Positions 58,425-64,000 of a stretch of DNA of 64,000 bases are shown piece after piece; position 1 is the stretch's first letter, and every line of letters starts with the position of its first letter. This DNA is from Syntrophales bacterium (GTDB taxonomy: Bacteria > Desulfobacterota > Syntrophia > Syntrophales > UBA4778). A program made the translations under genes and the position numbers. The notes beneath the pieces were generated by a model, which saw only the letters and a list, made by a program, of their open reading frames with translations, had not been told where the DNA came from and did no database searches. The stretch is taken from NCBI GenBank assembly GCA_963665615.2, contig CAXXQE010000008.1, positions 434,001 through 498,000 on the forward strand, given 5' to 3'.

Positions 58425-59697
58425 ATGTCCCATTTTACTGTCTGCCTTCAACAGGTTTGCCCGCCACACCATCGGTCGCGCCGTTCAATTTGCTGACGCC
58501 CGAACGTCTTCTTTGCCCATTTGCACCGATGACAAGAAACGTCTTCTCTATCTCCACATTCCCTTCTGCGAAAGCCTGTGCCCCTACTGTTCCTTCAACA
58601 GGATCGTCTTCGATGAATCTCTAAGCCGCCGCTACTGGCAGGCCCTCAGACAGGAGATTGTCCTTTACAAACAAAAAGGATATGATTTCAATGGCGTGTA
58701 TGTAGGAGGCGGAACGCCGACCATTCAGATCGACGAACTGGCCGAAACACTGGATAGTCTGAGAAGTACCTTTTCGATCAAGGAAATCTCCGTTGAAACC
58801 AATCCCAACCACCTGGACCCGGCGCACCTCGACCCCCTTCGACGCTGCGGGGTCAACCGATTGTCGATCGGCATCCAGAGCTTCGACGAGGGACTGCTCA
58901 AGGCCATGGATCGCTACGACAAATACGGTAGCGGTCCTGAAATTCTGAAAAAACTCAAGGACTTGTCAGGAAGCTTCGATACAGTCAATGCCGACATGAT
59001 CTTCAATTTTGCAGCACAGACGGCAGAAATCCTCAACCGCGACCTCGACATGCTCCTCGAATCAGGGGTCGATCAAGTCACCTACTACCCGCTAATGGCA
59101 TCGAACGTCATCCGACGTCGGATGGAAGAGAAGATTGGTTCCGTTGATTACCGGCGCGAAGCACGCTACTATCACCAAATCGTTAGCCGACTGCTGCCCA
59201 CCTACCGCTTCTCTTCCGTCTGGTGTTTTTCCAGAAAACCGGCCATGGTTGACGAGTATATTATCACCTATGATGAGTATGCCGGGATCGGCAGTGGCGC
59301 CTTCGGCTTCCTCAACGGCACCTGCTACGCCAACACGTTTGATATTACAGGGTATATCGATCGGCTCTCCCGGGGGGAGCCGTCCCTCATGGCGTCGCGT
59401 GCCTTCAGCGTCTCGGACCGGGTGCGATACGATCTCCTCATGATGCTCTTCGGTCTCCACCTCGATTTCAATACCTTCATGACACGCTACGGCGAATCGG
59501 CCTGGCGCCATCTGGCCCTGCCCATTATAGGACTGCGGATGCTGGGGCTGATCAGAAACCGCTTCGGCGAATACTATGTGACAGACAAGGGTCGCTACTA
59601 TGCCCTCGTCATGATGCGCGAGTTTTTCATTGCGGTTAACAATTTTAGGGACTTTTGCAGAAATCGCCAGGAGGGAGGTCCAAGGACCCATGAGTGA
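58425..59697 (+). CDS. HemN/coproporphyrinogen III oxidase-like radical SAM protein; start uncertain
   Basis: LYLHIPFCESLCPYCSF, GGGTPT, RLSIGIQSF. ATG 58425 is one base out of frame; in-frame ATT at 58432 and TTG at 58351. Confidence 0.85.
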
Positions 59698-60676
59698 ACC
59701 CGCAAATCATCGCGAATGGCAGATTCCGCCGGAGCAACAGGGCGCGAGGCTCGATGTCTATCTTGCGGCCCTTGATCTCGCCATCTCCCGTTCGCAGCTA
59801 AAAAGACTCATCGACGAGAACCAGATAACCGTCAACGGCAAGGGAAGCAAGGCTGGCTACAAGTTACGCGCTGGCGACGTGATACGCGTCATCGAGCAAT
59901 CGCCCGAAGCTTACCATGCCGTTCCCGAGGACATTCCCCTGACCATTCTCTATGAGGACCAAGACATCCTCGTTGTTGATAAGGCCGCCGGCATGGTGGT
60001 TCACCCTGCCGCGGGCAATTACCAGCACACCCTCGTCAACGCGATTCTCCACCACTGCAAGGACCTGACGGGCATCGGCGGCGTGCTTCGCCCCGGCATC
60101 GTCCACCGGCTCGACAAAAACACCTCGGGGCTGATGGTAGTGGCAAAGACGGAAGCGGCTCTATCGGGTCTTCAACAGCAGTTCAAAGCGCATCAGGTTA
60201 AAAAGATTTACAGGGCGCTGGCTTTCGGGAATCCAGCAGCGGACGAAGGCGTTATTGATGTACCGATCGGCAGACATCCCACTGATCGCAAAAAAATGTC
60301 GATGTCCAGCAAGCGGGGCAAAGAGGCCCTGACTCGCTGGCGGGTGCTGGAACGTCACGGCATTTTAGCGTATCTCGAGCTGCGAATCGAAACCGGGCGG
60401 ACCCATCAGATCCGCGTGCATCTCAATGGCATCGGCCATCCGATCCTGGGAGACGACGTCTACGGCAACGGCGCCAAGCGCCTCCAGACAATTACCGACA
60501 ATGCGGTACAGTCTTGCCTGAAGATGATGAAGCGACAGGCCCTGCACGCCGCGGAACTGGCCTTCAAACACCCGCGCGACGGACACTGGCTTGAGTTTTT
60601 TAGTGAATTACCCGAAGATATGACACGGACGCTGTATTTCTTGAGAGACTATATGAAAAGGAAATACGATCGGTGA
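59690..60676 (+). CDS. rluD: 23S rRNA pseudouridine synthase (RluD type)
   Basis: S4 domain RLDVYL, GMVVHP, RPGIVHRLDK, TGRTHQIRVH, QALHA. Confidence 0.93.
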   Translation: MSEPANHREWQIPPEQQGARLDVYLAALDLAISRSQLKRLIDENQITVNGKGSKAGYKLRAGDVIRVIEQSPEAYHAVPEDIPLTILYEDQDILVVDKAAGMVVHPAAGNYQHTLVNAILHHCKDLTGIGGVLRPGIVHRLDKNTSGLMVVAKTEAALSGLQQQFKAHQVKKIYRALAFGNPAADEGVIDVPIGRHPTDRKKMSMSSKRGKEALTRWRVLERHGILAYLELRIETGRTHQIRVHLNGIGHPILGDDVYGNGAKRLQTITDNAVQSCLKMMKRQALHAAELAFKHPRDGHWLEFFSELPEDMTRTLYFLRDYMKRKYDR

Positions 60677-61467
60677 ATGATTCCTTTAAAATGGCCGAGC
60701 GCGGAGCGGTCCGATATCTCGTATCGGAACGGCTCAACGCGTGCGATGGCATTCAGCACGCCTTCCTCACCCGCTGGGGCGGCGCGAGCCGTGGACCCTT
60801 TTCCAATCTGAACTTCAGCACGCGCGTCGGCGATCAGCCCGACCAGGTGGCGCAGAACCGCACACTACTAACCGCGCGCTTCGACCTGCCCCGCCTCTTC
60901 ACGATGCATCAGGTCCACGGCGACCGCGTACTTGTCCTCAAAGAGCCCGCCACTGTGCCGGCGAGCGAAAGCGCTGAAGCCGATGCGGTGATCACTGCGA
61001 TTCCCGGCATCGCGATCGGGATCAAGACCGCCGACTGCGTTCCGATTCTCATTGCGGATCCATGCCGTCGTGTCATCGGCGCGATCCACGCAGGCTGGCG
61101 CAGCACCGCCATGCGGATCGCGGCCAAGACCGTCGAGACCCTCCGGACGGAATGCGGATCAGACCCCGCGGACTTGCTGGCTGCGATCGGTCCCTGTATC
61201 GGTCCTTGTTGCTACGAAGTCGACCAAACCGTTCATGGTGGCATGGCCGACGCCGAGGCCGACCATGCCTTCGTCTCTACCGGAAACGGAAAGTGGCGGC
61301 TCGACCTGGCCGCCGTCAACCGCCGTCAACTCATGACCGCCGGCCTCCATCCCTCCCGCATCCATACAGCCGAACTCTGTACCGCCTGCCACACCGACCT
61401 CTTCTTCTCTCACCGAGGAGAAAGGGGGAACACAGGAAGGCAGTATAATTTTATTCGACTAAACTAA
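60673..61467 (+). CDS. pgeF: PgeF/YfiH family protein
   Basis: QVHG, TADCVP, HAGWR, GPCIGPCCYEV, FFSHR; follows rluD as usual. Confidence 0.93.
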   Translation: MNDSFKMAERGAVRYLVSERLNACDGIQHAFLTRWGGASRGPFSNLNFSTRVGDQPDQVAQNRTLLTARFDLPRLFTMHQVHGDRVLVLKEPATVPASESAEADAVITAIPGIAIGIKTADCVPILIADPCRRVIGAIHAGWRSTAMRIAAKTVETLRTECGSDPADLLAAIGPCIGPCCYEVDQTVHGGMADAEADHAFVSTGNGKWRLDLAAVNRRQLMTAGLHPSRIHTAELCTACHTDLFFSHRGERGNTGRQYNFIRLN

Positions 61468-61482
61468 ACGATAGAGGCCGAA

Positions 61483-62622
61483 CTATAACCCCAGTTTTTT
61501 TCCGATCACTTCATTCATAATCTCATAGGTTCCGCCCCCGATGGAGAGCGCGCGGGAATCACGATAGAGTCGTTCCACCAGATATTCCCGACAGTATCCA
61601 TAACCTCCATGAATCTGAACGGCATCATAAACGACCTTGTCGCACGCTTTAGTAGCGAAGTTTTTAGCCATAGCTGCCTCTTTTGAAACTTCGATCCCAT
61701 CACATATCTTCGACGCAACGGAGTAGTTAAACTGTTTCGACGCTTCGACCCACGTGGCCATTTCTGCAAGCTTATGGCGGGTTACTTGAAAACCCGTCAG
61801 GGCATGCCCGAATGCTACGCGCTCTTTTGCATACTTCAGAGACAACTCCAAAGCATACTCGGCAATGCCCTGAGCTTCAACGGCCAAGATGGTCCGTTCC
61901 TTCGCAAAATTCATCATGAAATAGCGGAATCCCTTGTTCTCCTCTCCGAGCCGATTCTCAACGGGAACAACACAATCCTCAAAGAACAGTTCGGCCGTAT
62001 CCGAGGCCCACCAACCCATTTTTTTGATGGTTCGGGAAACACCAAAGCCAGGGGTTGATGTTGGAACGATCAGTGCGCTGATGCCGGCATTTCCCGCACC
62101 GCCCGTTCGCACGGCCGTCACAACGTAATCAGCAAACGTACCGCCGGTGATAAATATTTTGGACCCATTGACAACGTAGGTATCGCCCTTTCGTTCCACG
62201 CGTGTCCGGAGGTTTGCAACATCAGAACCGCCATTGGGCTCTGTCACACCCAGAACGGCAACCTGCTCCCCTGATATGACCGGCGGAAGAAATTTCTGCT
62301 TCTGCTCTTCTGTCCCAATCGCATAAATAAGGGGCGCGGCAATAAGGCCGCAATTCAAACTCGCAACGACCCCAACGGATCCACAACGCATCATCTCTTC
62401 CATATAGACGACCGTGTGAAAAAAATCTCCAGGTGTACCACCATATTCCTCCGGATAGCCCAGGCCGAGAAAACCGGCATCGCCCGCTTTCTTATAGAGT
62501 TCTTTGGGGAAGCTCCCTTCTTCTTCCCAATGCTCTACATGTGGAGCAATTTCTTGAGCGATGAACTTTTTTAGACTATCCCTCAACATGTGATGCGACT
62601 CATCAAAAAATTCTTGCCTCAT
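61483..62622 (-). CDS. Acyl-CoA dehydrogenase
   Basis: TEPNGGSD, NGSKIFIT, KMGW, QIHGGYGY, YRD, GGTYEI. Confidence 0.95.
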   Translation of the reverse strand: MRQEFFDESHHMLRDSLKKFIAQEIAPHVEHWEEEGSFPKELYKKAGDAGFLGLGYPEEYGGTPGDFFHTVVYMEEMMRCGSVGVVASLNCGLIAAPLIYAIGTEEQKQKFLPPVISGEQVAVLGVTEPNGGSDVANLRTRVERKGDTYVVNGSKIFITGGTFADYVVTAVRTGGAGNAGISALIVPTSTPGFGVSRTIKKMGWWASDTAELFFEDCVVPVENRLGEENKGFRYFMMNFAKERTILAVEAQGIAEYALELSLKYAKERVAFGHALTGFQVTRHKLAEMATWVEASKQFNYSVASKICDGIEVSKEAAMAKNFATKACDKVVYDAVQIHGGYGYCREYLVERLYRDSRALSIGGGTYEIMNEVIGKKLGL

Positions 62623-62940
62623 TTCTTTTATGTCCTTTCAAATGATTCGGCGTAGCATGCTACCGTTAGGTGTTATAAAGAATAGCACTTTTGAATTTGT
62701 ATTACCAATATCGTCGCTTGGACAATCATTTCTGCCATTGACAAAAAGGGGCATTAGACCGTACCCGGCGGCATCGTCCTATCGTTCAATCACTTCAAAT
62801 GGATGTGATACTTCTATCCGACGAAATATGAATTTATCCGGCGGCGGCAGAAGAGGGGGGTGTATTTTTGTTACGGAAGGGTCTTTTTGCGAGTGAGTTG
62901 CAGCAAGAACGATCGGATACAAATGGTCTAAAGCAAATTT

Positions 62941-62978
62941 ACAATTGGACGCTCGAGTAACTTCGAGCGTCCAATTGT
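62941..62978. terminator. Perfect 16-bp hairpin just after the ferredoxin stop
   Basis: ACAATTGGACGCTCGA-GTAACT-TCGAGCGTCCAATTGT. Confidence 0.7.
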
Positions 62979-62989
62979 TTTTAGAAAAC

Positions 62990-63430
62990 TCAAGCCACCG
63001 CTTTGACCATGGTGATAGCCTTAATCGGGCAGTTGATTTCGCAAAGCCCGCAGCCGACGCACTTGGCGCGATCGATCTGAACCTCGTATGCGGTATCCGG
63101 CGCGGTAATGGCCCCCGCACGGCAAACATCCGCGCACACCAAACACAATGAGCAATGATCGACAACGGGTTTGGGACGGTCAGCAATCTTGACGCGCGGA
63201 ACCACCACGCCATACTGATCAAGTACGGCGTTCTTCGCGCATGACATGCCGCAGACCGAGCAATTGACGCACTTTTCGGAATCGATGACGTGAAGGGTTT
63301 TGGGTTCTCCCGAAATGGCCTCGACCGGGCAGGCCTTTTTGCAAAGGCCACAGCCGATACAGGCGTCTGTGATCTGATGCGTTGCGCGATGCTCGGTTAA
63401 TGTCTCTGTTGCTTGAATATGTTCTTCCAT
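62990..63430 (-). CDS. Polyferredoxin (four 4Fe-4S motifs)
   Basis: CIGCGLCKKAC, CVNCSVCGMSC, CSLCLVCADVC, CVGCGLCEINC. Confidence 0.88.
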   Translation of the reverse strand: MEEHIQATETLTEHRATHQITDACIGCGLCKKACPVEAISGEPKTLHVIDSEKCVNCSVCGMSCAKNAVLDQYGVVVPRVKIADRPKPVVDHCSLCLVCADVCRAGAITAPDTAYEVQIDRAKCVGCGLCEINCPIKAITMVKAVA

Positions 63431-63471
63431 GACTTCCTACCTAAATTAAATTTGAGTTGTTAGATACCGCG

Positions 63472-64000
63472 CTACACATCCAGATTTGAGGCATGGAGCG
63501 CATTTTCATAAATAAAGTTTTTGCGCGGCTCGACCTGATCGCCCATCAGGGTCGTAAAGATCTCGTCGGCCATGACGGCGTCCTCCACCTTCACCTTGAG
63601 AAGGGTCCGCTTCTCAGGGTTCATGGTTGTCTCCCAGAGCTGTCCTGGATTCATTTCACCAAGACCCTTGTAGCGCTGGATGGCGAGTCCCTTTTGTCCG
63701 GTCTGAAGAACGAAATCAACCAGGTCGGGTAGACTATCGATCATCTTGCCGTCGCCGCCCTCATTGATGGAAACCGTATAGGGCGCCTCACCGAAGAGTC
63801 CGATCTGGGAGAGATTTTCTTGAATATCGCAATACCGCGGCGCGTTGATGAGATCCATATCGACACAGGTCGTCGTAGTGTTGCCGTTCTTTTTCAGGCG
63901 CAGGCATAGCGTATATCCCCCATGCTCCTGATTTTGTTCAATGGTCGTTTCAATCAGCCGGTCTCCCAACGCCCCCTCCACTCGTTCGGCAAGGGCCTTG
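63472..64000 (-). CDS. gyrB: DNA gyrase subunit B, 3' part (runs off the right edge)
   Basis: [35 protein letters not shown]-terminus. Confidence 0.93.
   Translation of the reverse strand, partial: KALAERVEGALGDRLIETTIEQNQEHGGYTLCLRLKKNGNTTTTCVDMDLINAPRYCDIQENLSQIGLFGEAPYTVSINEGGDGKMIDSLPDLVDFVLQTGQKGLAIQRYKGLGEMNPGQLWETTMNPEKRTLLKVKVEDAVMADEIFTTLMGDQVEPRKNFIYENALHASNLDV

Noticed and set aside
62779..63351. 190-aa minus-strand ORF overlapping the ferredoxin
   Set aside because: Alternative frame of the Cys-motif ferredoxin gene; runs through its terminator.
63438..63466. CCTAAAT...GTTAGAT between gyrB and the ferredoxin considered as attC
   Set aside because: Too short, lacks the AAC inverse core and L boxes, and overlaps the ferredoxin RBS.

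Overview
A GC-rich bacterial chromosome segment. Gene content and repeat families suggest a deltaproteobacterium (Desulfobacterota, Syntrophales-like); this is inference. It is probably close to oriC, since it carries a perfect parS at 55529 and the 3' end of gyrB at the right edge. Most of it is housekeeping: archease-rtcB, holA, an arn (L-Ara4N) operon with split ArnA and no arnEF, rpe, agcS, an MFS pump, arsR-trx-acr3-arsP, fadL, NlpC/P60, a multi-PAS hybrid kinase, Tim44, csp, queDEC, a broken P-type ATPase, a long minus-strand run (mobB, radical SAM, trxB, lgt, CoA-disulfide reductase, cutA, ABC-ATPase, TOPRIM, nnr, phzF, atoE), rlmI, degP, def-lpd-glutaminyl cyclase, hemN-like-rluD-pgeF, an acyl-CoA dehydrogenase and a polyferredoxin. 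The most unusual region is 3773-4942. It holds an AT-rich integron-type gene cassette with a canonical attC but no integrase. Both cassette crossover points carry a related 24-nt palindromic insert, and a stack of different hairpin/MITE elements follows. Other notable items are an ABC-ATPase + TOPRIM pair embedded in a housekeeping operon, a 16-bp inverted repeat bracketing archease-rtcB, 25-bp direct repeats bracketing a DHH gene, and several frameshifts that are probably homopolymer errors. No rRNA, tRNA, CRISPR array, transposase or integrase gene was recognised.
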